In this document: in pieces, positions 35,401-47,476 of the stretch
How the letters are laid out: each line of letters begins with the position of its first letter
Position numbering within the stretch: the stretch's first letter is position 1
Assembly (NCBI GenBank): GCA_002269645.1
Contig: NIVC01002028.1
Coordinates: 50,886-114,885 of the forward strand
Length of the DNA: 64,000 nucleotides
Direction of reading: 5' to 3'
Source of the DNA: Macrostomum lignano
Lineage: Eukaryota
Program-made: the position numbers and the translations under genes
Notes under the pieces: model-generated
Told to the model about the DNA's origin: nothing
What the model saw: the letters and a program-made list of their open reading frames with translations, nothing else
Database searches by the model: none

Positions 35401-37592
35401 GCAGGTTCAAGGACACTGAGGGGAGCGGAGAGGCAGGTTCAAGGACACTGAGGGGAGCGGAGAGGCAGATTCAAGGACACTGAGGGGAGCGGAGAGGCAG
35501 ATTCAAGGACACTGAGGGGAGCGGAGAGGCAGGTTCAAGGACACTGAGGGGAGCGGAGAGGCAGGTTCAAGGACACTGAGGGGAGCGGAGAGGCAGATTC
35601 AAGGACACTGAGGGGAGCGGAGAGGCAGATTCAAGGACACTGAGGGGAGCGGAGAGGCAGGTTCAAGGACACTGAGGGGAGCGGAGAGGCAGGTTCAAGG
35701 ACACTGAGGGGAGCGGAGAGGCAGATTCAAGGACACTGAGGGGAGCGGAGAGCACATTCAAGGACACTGAGGGGAGCGGAGAGGCAGGTTCAAGGACACT
35801 GAGGGGAGCGGAGAGGCAGATTCAAGGACACTGAGGGGAGCGGAGAGGCAGGTTCAAGGACACTGAGGGGAGCGGAGAGGCAGATTCAAGGACACTGAGG
35901 GAGCGGAGAGGCAGATTCAAGGACACTGAGGGGAGCGGAGAGCCACATTCAAGGACACTGAGGGAGCGGAGAGGCAGATTCAAGGACACTGAGGGGAGCG
36001 GAGAGGCAGATTCAAGGACACTGAGGGGAGCGAGAGGCAGATTCAAGGACACTGAGGGGAGCGGAGAGGCAGATTCAAGGACACTGAGGGGAGCGGAGAG
36101 GCAGATTCAAGGACACTGAGGGGAGCCGAGAGGCAGATTCAAGGACACTGAGGGGAGCGGAGAGGCAGGTTCAAGGACACTGAGGGGAGCGGAGAGGCAG
36201 GTTCAAGGACACTGAGGGGAGCGGAGAGCACATTCAAGGACACTGAGGGGAGCGGAGAGGCAGATTCAAGGACACTGAGGGGAGCGGAGAGGCAGGTTCA
36301 AGGACACTGAGGGGAGCGGAGAGGCAGGTTCAAGGACACTGAGGGGAGCGGAGAGGCAGATTCAAGGACACTGAGGGGAGCGGAGAGGCAGATTCAAGGA
36401 CACTGAGGGGAGCGGAGAGGCAGGTTCAAGGACACTGAGGGGAGCGGAGAGGCAGATTCAAGGACACTGAGGGGAGCGGAGAGCCACATTCAAGGACACT
36501 GAGGGGAGCGGAGAGCCACATTCAAGGACACTGAGGGGAGCGGAGAGGCAGATTCAAGGACACTGAGGGGAGCCGAGAGGCAGATTCAAGGACACTGAGG
36601 GGAGCGGAGAGCCACATTCAAGGACACTGAGGGGAGCGGAGAGGCAGGTTCAAGGACACTGAGGGGAGCGGAGAGGCAGATTCAAGGACACTGAGGGGAG
36701 CGGAGAGGCAGATTCAAGGACACTGAGGGGAGCGAGAGGCAGATTCAAGGACACTGAGGGGAGCGGAGAGGCAGGTTCAAGGACACTGAGGGGAGCGGAG
36801 AGGCAGGTTCAAGGACACTGAGGGGAGCGGAGAGGCAGATTCAAGGACACTGAGGGGAGCGGAGAGGCAGATTCAAGGACACTGAGGGGAGCGGAGAGGC
36901 AGGTTCAAGGACACTGAGGGGAGCGGAGAGGCAGGTTCAAGGACACTGAGGGGAGCGGAGAGGCAGATTCAAGGACACTGAGGGGAGCGGAGAGGCAGAT
37001 TCAAGGACACTGAGGGGAGCGGAGAGGCAGGTTCAAGGACACTGAGGGGAGCGGAGAGGCAGTTCAAGGACACTGAGGGGAGCGGAGAGGCAGATTCAAG
37101 GACACTGAGGGGAGCGGAGAGGCAGATTCAAGGACACTGAGGGGAGCGGAGAGGCAGGTTCAAGGACACTGAGGGGAGCGGAGAGGCAGGTTCAAGGACA
37201 CTGAGGGGAGCGGAGAGGCAGATTCAAGGACACTGAGGGGAGCGGAGAGCCACATTCAAGGACACTGAGGGGAGCGGAGAGGCAGGTTCAAGGACACTGA
37301 GGGGAGCGGAGAGGCAGATTCAAGGACACTGAGGGGAGCGGAGAGCCACATTCAAGGACACTGAGGGGAGCGGAGAGGCAGGTTCAAGGACACTGAGGGG
37401 AGCGGAGAGGCAGGTTCAAGGACACTGAGGGGAGCGGAGAGGCAGGTTCAAGGACACTGAGGGGAGCGGAGAGGCAGATTCAAGGACACTGAGGGGAGCC
37501 GAGAGGCAGATTCAAGGACACTGAGGGGAGCGGAGAGGCAGGTTCAAGGACACTGAGGGGAGCGGAGAGGCAGGTTCAAGGACACTGAGGGG
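32461..37592. repeat. 32-bp satellite (CGGAGAGGCAGATTCAAGGACACTGAGGGGAG)n, about 5.1 kb
   Basis: Period of 32 bp; variants GGCAGG and GCCACA. Confidence 0.98.
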
Positions 37593-38102
37593 AAACCCGA
37601 GCCACTTCCAGATGCTCCTAGGCTCAATTGGCTTGGAAAATGCTATAATTTCGCACTTTAAAGTGTGAAATAATGACAAAATAGTGTCGAATAGTGACAT
37701 CAGTTCCGGGCATACAATGCGCTTACACTAAGGCTGCGAGCTAATAGCAAAAAAAATAGTTTATAGACTTTTGCCTATTGATTTCCAGTCTTTTAACTTT
37801 AATCTACTTCAAGTAGTGTCTAAAGCTCCTTTAGCAACGAAGAAAGTCGGAAAAATCTGTTTGTTAAAAACGGTTACTGGTTTACAATAGAACATCGGCA
37901 GGTAGTGCGGTGTCCGCTGCCAGCTATAGACCAACTCCAAATCTAAAATAATTAGATGCAACGTTTCAAAACTACAAAATCAATAGATTATACTATGACT
38001 GCACACACGGAAGCAAGGCAAAAACTTGCAATTTAGTTCTCAGCTCCTGTTGCAGACGATTGAGATGTGGCTGACGCTGCAGTTTCTCCACGAATATCTG
38101 CA

Positions 38103-40205
38103 TCAGGTTGGAGTCGTCGCAGAAGGCGGCGCACACTGCGAGTTCCTGAAATCCTCACTCCAAGACACCTCCTGGATCCAGTGTCTAACGCTTACGTCAT
38201 CGGGTGTCAGCAGAAGTCTCAGACTCTGCAGCAGTGCGTCGAAATTGACATAGAAGACCGCATTTTGAGTGTAGCTGTCAACGTCAAATGGAAAGTACTC
38301 TGCAATGACTTTAGGTAGAAATGGCAGCTCGGGGCGTTGATCAAATCGGAAGCAGAATTTCCATGCCGAGTCAACGCTAAGCAAATACTGCCACACGTCT
38401 TCCTCTGTTGCTTCAATTGCTAAGTTCTCCGCAGACCAGGTTATTCCTCTGCTCACGTTGTGCCGCCTACAGGCACTCAAAACCTTTTGTGCTCCATCTC
38501 TATCGTCGAACTTGAGACAGATCATCGCCCTAAGAGCCTCGCGAGCTGTCCGAGCGCAGTCCGGGAGCCTGTCAATCATTTGCATGAGCGTCTGTCGGGA
38601 ATCTGGCGATTCGGATATCCGCTGCTGAGATAATTGAAGCAGTGACCATCCCACTACATCATAGATCTCGTGATACTCAAGCTCTGGGTTTTCTGTCTGA
38701 ATGGATTGAAGTCTCAGTTCCGGTAGAATTTGAAAAGGGTGAAAGTAAAATACGCCCGATTCGTTGACCGGTCGAAGCGTTCTTTGAAATTTCAGCAAGA
38801 TCTGGGGCAGCTTTTCAATTACATCCCTCAAAACATTCGTAGCACTTTGAATTGTTTGTGTCATTGCACCGGAATGGCTCGGACCCAAGCCCTTCAAGTA
38901 CAAACCAGCGTTGCACAGGAAAAAGTGCTCCATGATTCGACCATCCACATTGTCCACCGTGCAGTTTTGTCCGATGCTGTCAAGAAGCATCTGCAGCGAT
39001 CGTCTTATTAGACTCACGAAATTCTGCGGTCTCCATTCCTCAGCCGGCGTCTCCTCCAACATTCTGAAAGTGATTGTCTTTGCGTGATATGCTTTTAGCC
39101 CCTCGAAATTGTAGCCGTCTTTGCGGCAAATTACTTTCTTAACCAAGTACTTCAGAGTGACGAATAGCTGGCCCTGTAACGTGCTGAGACCTCTTAGCAG
39201 CAGTTTCTCCAGGAAAGTTGTGCTGACACGAAGCTGCTTTCCCGCTTGTCTAGGTGGTGCCGCGTGCACCACGTGACAGGGTGACTTGCTGAGCTCGCCT
39301 TGAAGTGTATTCAGAACGGACGGAGAAATATTTGAGCTAGAGATTCGATGCGTCAGCAGCGGAGCGATTGGCGGATAGCAGCAGACGCGGCATGCGTCAA
39401 CTTCATCTACTGCAGGTCTCAATGGTGTGCCACTTGAGGCCTTTGCCGGATTGGTTGCTGTTTTAACGATAAAGATTATTAAATGTCTTATAAGCTTTTA
39501 TGAGATCATGCTTTCATATTGGAACTTTTTAACTGAACAATTGGATAACAAATTAGATTTAGTGAACTGTTTGGTACAATATGGTACTGGAGCAAAAGCA
39601 CAGAGAGTCAGTCGCACAAACTGAATTATGTCTACTTGTGTGCTGATTAAAAAACTCTGGCCTGGTTATTACTTCCTGTGCATGCGAGTTGGTACGAGTA
39701 CCATAAGCATTGCTTTCACAGATTGGGCCTACACTGCGGCTTTAAGCGTGAATCCAGACTGAGCATAGTCCTGTTATATGAAAAGACCTCCGCGATAATG
39801 CCCATGACGCCGAGACCCTTATGATATTCCAATTTAATAAACAGCTGCTTACCAAAGCCCCCAATTCGAATATGACCATCCTTGCAGTCGACCAGCTCCT
39901 TTTCTTTTCGATCGCAGCATTGGCAACTACCTCTGATGTGGTAGAGTCGACCCTGAAACAGCTTCATCACGTCAATGTCAGACTCCGCGTCCGTTCTCCC
40001 GTCCGCTTTGGTCAGGCTGTTGCCCCAGCCCTCTGAGTAGCTGCCGACAATATAGATCCCTGGGAATGAGTCTCTCCTGCTTCGCAAAATTCCCTGCAAT
40101 GCGTCGGCAACTGCAGCCTGCAAGGCGGCTCTGGCTTTAACAAATCCGGCTTTTGTAAGCGTCGATTGAAGCAGCAGACTGAGTTCCAATTCACTCGGCA
40201 TCGAC
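38103..40205 (-). CDS. cGLR copy 2; exons 40205..39853 and 39457..38103; C-terminal frameshift allele; ankyrin part lost
   Basis: Same exons and motifs as copy 1. A net 7-nt deletion near 38150 replaces the C-terminal about 55 aa with a 16-aa tail. Confidence 0.75.
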
Positions 40206-40965
40206 CTGAAGAAAATATTTTATTTATTGCATTCTGACCACATACTACTCGTAGCGTTTCCATTCCCCACTTTCCGTCCCGTTCAGTCTACTAATTTTGC
40301 TATTTGATTGTCTCTTTCATTTTATAAAGTTCATTTTTTGCATTAGTTGCTTTAATGCATCGGGCATCGTTTCATTCCTAAACTATAAAAAGGACAATGA
40401 CGAGGAAGACAAAATTAACCGAGCTAAAAGATGAGCGAATGCATAGAGCGAGATAGAAAGACATAATTGAGCTTTTGGAAAAATACAGATTAAAACCAGA
40501 GAGAAAAATGTCTAGAAGGAGAGAAATCATCGTACACTAAAAAGAGCACATTGTGCATAGATCACGCACAAGAGGGACAGAGGTTGGAGTTCCAGAACTG
40601 GAAATGTACACTTGCAACAGCAAACAGTGCGTATTCTCGGTCAGTTGGTGAAATGATCGTGTACAAATTAAAATTGCAAATAGAGAAATTTCTTCAACAG
40701 CCTAATGAGAATTTTTTTATGTTGCTTTTAGTAGCTCCAGTGCTTCTTCCGCCCTAGTACGAGCGTAATGCCCACGCATGCATGTTGACGGCAGCAATTA
40801 CACTAAGCTGAAGCCGCGTAGCCAGCGAAACAACTAAATACTTCAACAAACCGCTTTGAGAAGCACTTCTAAATGCCATTTGGATTCGAAAATTAGGGGG
40901 CTCTATTTCATTTTATGTACAACGTCGCTCTATTTTAATATAAAAACTCATATTCGAACTCTTAC

Positions 40966-41417
40966 TCTGACTCTGACAAAGCCGCACGATCCTGATGAGT
41001 AAGTTGATGCTTAGCCTTTTCTGTCTCAGACTCAAGAAACGGTGATTCATATTGTGTCTGAATAGTTTGTTCCAGCAAGGCAGCAACTCGGTGATGTCCA
41101 TTGACGCTTGCAATTAGAAGGGGAGTCTCACCAGTAACAGTTCTTGCTTCAACGTCAGCATGAGCTCTGACGAGGGACAACACCACGCCATAGTGACCGT
41201 TCTGCGACGCGATGTAGATTGGCGTGCAGCCTTCGGAGTCTTTGAGCTTGAGCGTTTATGAGTGAGTCAAATAGCTCATGGTAACCATTCTGTGACGCAA
41301 TAAAGAGCGGAGACAGCCCCGTGTCAGTTTGCAGATTAACGCTTGCTTGCGCTTTTAGGAGCAAACTAAACACAGCATGAGGGCCTAGTTGCGACGCAAT
41401 GTAAATGGGCGAGCCGC
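40966..41417 (-). pseudogene. 3' remnant of the ankyrin-repeat exon (copy 2)
   Basis: Same truncation point and 11-bp deletion as 22812-23263. Confidence 0.9.
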
Positions 41418-41585
41418 ATGTGCATTTCCGTTTGTTTTGCTTGTATAATGAAAGTTTTGATCATGATGCGAGACTTCTGAGAATATTTTACTCTATTCGC
41501 ATCAAATGCATTGTTTGCATTTTTCGATCATGTTATTTAAAGCCAGAATTCACTTCACCAACACGAATTGTTATTCATTAGTTTA
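41418..41585 (+). repeat. Inverted-repeat left arm, unit 2 (partner 47222-47419)
   Basis: Duplicate of 23264-23430. Confidence 0.85.
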
Positions 41586-42108
41586 CACACCAGCTCATGA
41601 TTCTACTGAGTCATTTTGTGACTAGCTGGATCCATGCCTAAAATGAGCCTTCGATTTTAGCTTTGCTGCTAAATAAACTTTCTGTACGTCGAGTAAGTCA
41701 GACTGATGTTTTGCACTGATGTTAAAAAAATTAATGTAAATTTTATTGCTTGCTGCAATACAAATGATTGGCCTTAATAAATGAGTACTTGAAATGCTGA
41801 GTAAATTGCTCAGCTTGAATGAATCAAAGCTGCGGGTCTCTAGACCGCATATACCAATGCTAATGAATTGAATAATTTGGAACTCAAAACTCAAAAAAGA
41901 TTTTAAGCTTTGTCGGTATTAATTTGGTCAGGTACAAAATTAATTCCAGAGCAGTTAATATTATATATTTCAGCCAACAATAAAGTACATAGTTAGCAAC
42001 TACGAATATTCAGATTGAGTCCCAGAGTTGAAATCCGGCAATCATGGGCGGTGTCCGGTCCGTGTCCGAGGTCAGTGGGTGCAGCGGAGTACCTGCCTGC
42101 AAGTCTAC

Positions 42109-42339
42109 TTACTTGCCAATGAGCCTCAACATAGTTCTGGCAACCCTCCCCCACCTGATCCGGAATTTCTTCTGCAGCTCCGCGGCCTTCTCATCCGTCA
42201 TCTCCGGCTCGTCCATGTCGGCCAGAGCCTCCAGCGCCGCCATCGCTTTGGCGTCCTCCTCCGACATCTCCTGGCTGCTGGGTCTGGCGGCGGCCAGAGC
42301 TGCGCACAGCAGGAGTCCGAGAACGAACTGCCACCTCAT
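42109..42339 (-). CDS. Secreted cationic peptide precursor, copy 2 (identical protein)
   Basis: Same 76-aa translation as 23955-24185; TATA box at 42437-42444. Confidence 0.8.
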   Translation of the reverse strand: MRWQFVLGLLLCAALAAARPSSQEMSEEDAKAMAALEALADMDEPEMTDEKAAELQKKFRIRWGRVARTMLRLIGK

Positions 42340-43100
42340 GATGAACTTGTAGCTGTAGCCTGATGAAGCTGAGAAGCTGGAGTAGAGTTATCTAGCCTTG
42401 GCTGCTTGGTTGTCCGCTGGGCATCCAAGGACCCTGTATTTATAGTGTAGAAATCAGCACGTTTTTCCGGTCGCTGGAACGCGGGGGGTCCGCTGTGTCC
42501 CCTTCACGTGCTCCGGTCTTAAAAAAATTCCTTCAATGGTTAAACCCTAACCTCGACCTAGCCATCTATTGGCTTTATTGTCCATTCTCCACTCATTGCC
42601 AAGGCCCTGAGGGAATTGAACTTGAATGCTATTGGCCTTATTCTTTGACAGTCCATTCGAGAGTAGCTCAGCTTTGCATTGAATTTGTTGCCTGCATGCA
42701 ATGTATTATAGATAGCACTTATTGAGCTTCTCAAGTAGTTTCAGGACTATAGCTAAAATTGCGCTCGTTTGAGTCGCAACATGCCCAGTGGTGCTAGCTG
42801 GTCTGGGGAGTTATGAGCAGCAGGCTCTTTTGTTCTCAACTGAAATTGCTATAAGAGTTCGCAGTAGAGTTCAATGCTACGTTTGGACTTGGGCGTGTTT
42901 TCAAACTGTCTACTTAAAAACTTATTTACAACTTGCAGGGTCGCTTGGTTTATAGATTAACTGTGTGAGCTGAAACCAGTTTGAACCTGTGTTATCTATT
43001 TTTTATCGCGTTTGTATGCACGTTTTAATTATACTCTTCTGTTCCGAAGATTTAAACCACATATATGTACCAATGAGTGCAGTTTTTTTTAAATGGCCAT

Positions 43101-46100
43101 ATATACTCAGATACCATATGCTCAGATATTATATGCTCAGATATTATATGCTCAGATATTATATGCTCAGATACCATATGCTCAGATACCATATGCTCAG
43201 ATACCATATGCTCAGATATTATATGCTCAGATATTATATGCTCAGATACCATATGCTCAGATACCATATGCTCAGATACCATATACTCAGATATTATATG
43301 CTCAGATATTATATGCTCAGATACCATATGCTCAGATACCATATGCTCAGATATTATATGCTCAGATACCATATGCTCAGATATTATATGCTCAGATACC
43401 ATATGCTCAGATACCATATGCTCAGATACCATATGCTCAGATATTATATGCTCAGATATTATATGCTCAGATACCATATGCTCAGATATTATATGCTCAG
43501 ATACCATATGCTCAGATACCATATGCTCAGATACCATATGCTCAGATACCATATACTCAGATATTATATGCTCAGATATTATATGCTCAGATACCATATA
43601 CTCAGATACCATATGCTCAGATATTATATGCTCAGATACCATATGCTCAGATATCATATGCTCAGATACCATATGCTCAGATATTATATGCTCAGATATC
43701 ATATGCTCAGATACCATATGCTCAGATACCATATGCTCAGATATCATATGCTCAGATACCATATGCTCAGATATCATATGCTCAGATACCATATGCTCAG
43801 ATATCATATGCTCAGATACCATATGCTCAGATATCATATGCTCAGATACCATATGCTCAGATACCATATGCTCAGATACCATATGCTCAGATACCATATG
43901 CTCAGATACCATATGCTCAGATACCATATGCTCAGATATTATATGCTCAGATATTATATGCTCAGATACCATATGCTCAGATACCATATGCTCAGATACC
44001 ATATACTCAGATATTATATGCTCAGATATTATATGCTCAGATACCATATGCTCAGATACCATATGCTCAGATATTATATGCTCAGATACCATATGCTCAG
44101 ATATTATATGCTCAGATACCATATGCTCAGATACCATATGCTCAGATACCATATGCTCAGATATTATATGCTCAGATATTATATGCTCAGATACCATATG
44201 CTCAGATACCATATGCTCAGATACCATATACTCAGATATTATATGCTCAGATATTATATGCTCAGATACCATATACTCAGATACCATATGCTCAGATATT
44301 ATATGCTCAGATACCATATGCTCAGATATTATATGCTCAGATACCATATGCTCAGATACCATATGCTCAGATACCATATGCTCAGATACCATATACTCAG
44401 ATACCATATGCTCAGATACCATATGCTCAGATACCATATGCTCAGATACCATATGCTCAGATATTATATGCTCAGATATTATATGCTCAGATACCATATG
44501 CTCAGATACCATATGCTCAGATACCATATACTCAGATATTATATGCTCAGATATTATATGCTCAGATACCATATGCTCAGATACCATATGCTCAGATATT
44601 ATATGCTCAGATACCATATGCTCAGATATTATATGCTCAGATACCATATGCTCAGATACCATATGCTCAGATACCATATGCTCAGATATTATATGCTCAG
44701 ATATTATATGCTCAGATACCATATGCTCAGATACCATATGCTCAGATACCATATACTCAGATATTATATGCTCAGATATTATATGCTCAGATACCATATA
44801 CTCAGATACCATATGCTCAGATATTATATGCTCAGATACCATATGCTCAGATATTATATGCTCAGATACCATATGCTCAGATACCATATGCTCAGATACC
44901 ATATGCTCAGATACCATATACTCAGATACCATATGCTCAGATACCATATGCTCAGATACCATATGCTCAGATACCATATGCTCAGATACCATATGCTCAG
45001 ATACCATATGCTCAGATACCATATGCTCAGATACCATATACTCAGATACCATATGCTCAGATACCATATACTCAGATACCATATGCTCAGATACCATATG
45101 CTCAGATACCATATGCTCAGATACCATATACTCAGATACCATATGCTCAGATATCATATGCTCAGATACCATATGCTCAGATACCATATGCTCAGATACC
45201 ATATGCTCAGATACCATATGCTCAGATGCCATATGCTCAGATGCCATATGCTCAGATGCCATATGCTCAGATGCCATATGCTCAGATACCATATGCTCAG
45301 ATACCATATGCTCAGATACCATATGCTCAGATACCATATGCTCAGATACCATATGCTCAGATACCATATGCTCAGATACCATATACTCAGATACCATATG
45401 CTCAGATACCATATGCTCAGATACCATATGCTCAGATACCATATACTCAGATACCATATGCTCAGATACCATATGCTCAGATACCATATACTCAGATACC
45501 ATATGCTCAGATACCATATGCTCAGATACCATATGCTCAGATATTATATGCTCAGATACCATATGCTCAGATACCATATGCTCAGATGCCATATGCTCAG
45601 ATACCATATGCTCAGATACCATATGCTCAGATACCATATGCTCAGATACCATATGCTCAGATACCATATGCTCAGATACCATATGCTCAGATACCATATG
45701 CTCAGATATTATATGCTCAGATACCATATGCTCAGATACCATATGCTCAGATATTATATGCTCAGATACCATATGCTCAGATACCATATGCTCAGATACC
45801 ATATACTCAGATACCATATGCTCAGATACCATATGCTCAGATACCATATGCTCAGATACCATATGCTCAGATGCCATATGCTCAGATACCATATGCTCAG
45901 ATACCATATGCTCAGATACCATATGCTCAGATACCATATGCTCAGATACCATATGCTCAGATGCCATATGCTCAGATGCCATATGCTCAGATGCCATATG
46001 CTCAGATGCCATATGCTCAGATACCATATGCTCAGATACCATATGCTCAGATACCATATGCTCAGATACCATATGCTCAGATACCATATGCTCAGATACC

Positions 46101-46695
46101 ATATGCTCAGATATTATATGCTCAGATACCATATGCTCAGATACCATATGCTCAGATACCATATACTCAGATACCATATGCTCAGATACCATATGCTCAG
46201 ATACCATATGCTCAGATACCATATGCTCAGATGCCATATGCTCAGATACCATATGCTCAGATACCATATGCTCAGATACCATATGCTCAGATACCATATG
46301 CTCAGATACCATATGCTCAGATGCCATATGCTCAGATGCCATATGCTCAGATGCCATATGCTCAGATGCCATATGCTCAGATACCATATGCTCAGATACC
46401 ATATGCTCAGATACCATATGCTCAGATACCATATGCTCAGATACCATATGCTCAGATACCATATACTCAGATACCATATGCTCAGATACCATATGCTCAG
46501 ATACCATATGCTCAGATACCATATGCTCAGATACCATATGCTCAGATACCATATGCTCAGATACCATATGCTCAGATACCATATGCTCAGATACCATATG
46601 CTCAGATACCATATGCTCAGATACCATATGCTCAGATACCATATGCTCAGATACCATATGCTCGGATACCATATGCTCGGATACCATATGCTCAG
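43101..46695. repeat. 15-bp satellite, unit 2 (uninterrupted, about 3.6 kb)
   Basis: Period of 15 bp; no LTR insertion. Confidence 0.98.
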
Positions 46696-47221
46696 GGAGA
46701 AGAGAGATTTGCTCAGACGCCATCAGATACCCTGAGAGGAAATTTCCCCGTGACAATTTTTCTGCACCGGAGCGGAGCATCGCAGGCACACGAAATTAAA
46801 AAACACGGTCAAATCTTTTGTTGCGCACCTTTTCATCAATAGTCACGTCGAGATATTCAAAAATTCTGCCAGAAGTTCGGATTTTCGCGCGCTAGTGTAT
46901 TCAGTACACCCCTGTGCGCCAATCAGCACTGCGTCTCAACCTGGCCTCGCCGAGCCTCCAAGTTTCATCAGCACGTCGACCATGTGTCTGCATCAGCTCT
47001 GACTTTGTTGATCACTGGCCATAACTCAGGCAGAGCTTCTGGAGCTTCAACACTGGCACCAGGTGACAAAGTTGCTACCATGTTATGTAGTTATTTAAGT
47101 TTTTTATTAAAGTCCCTTTTTGGTAGCTCTACTGACAATTCTACTTTTTGAATGAGAAAAAATTGAGCAATAAATTAATTATACATGTCTCTCTCCGATA
47201 TCAAATTTTGAAACCGATATC

Positions 47222-47419
47222 AAACTAATGAATAACAATTAGTGTTGGTGAAGTGAAATCTGGCTTTAAATAACATGATCGAAAAATGCAAACAATGCAT
47301 TTGATGGGAATAGAGTAAAATATTCAACACAATTTAATTGTCTCTGATTGATGGAAAATGACAGAAGTCTCGCATCATGATTAAAACTTATATTATACAA
47401 AACAAACGAAAATGCACAC
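47222..47419 (-). repeat. Inverted-repeat right arm, unit 2
   Basis: Duplicate of 32206-32403. Confidence 0.85.
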
Positions 47420-47476
47420 ACATTGATCCTGATTTTAAATTACCTCTTTGATATTTAACGTGCACTAATAGTTAAT

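Noticed and set aside
32461-37592. 32-bp repeats suggestive of a CRISPR array
   Set aside because: Head-to-tail monomers with no unique spacers, no cas genes, and a eukaryotic context.
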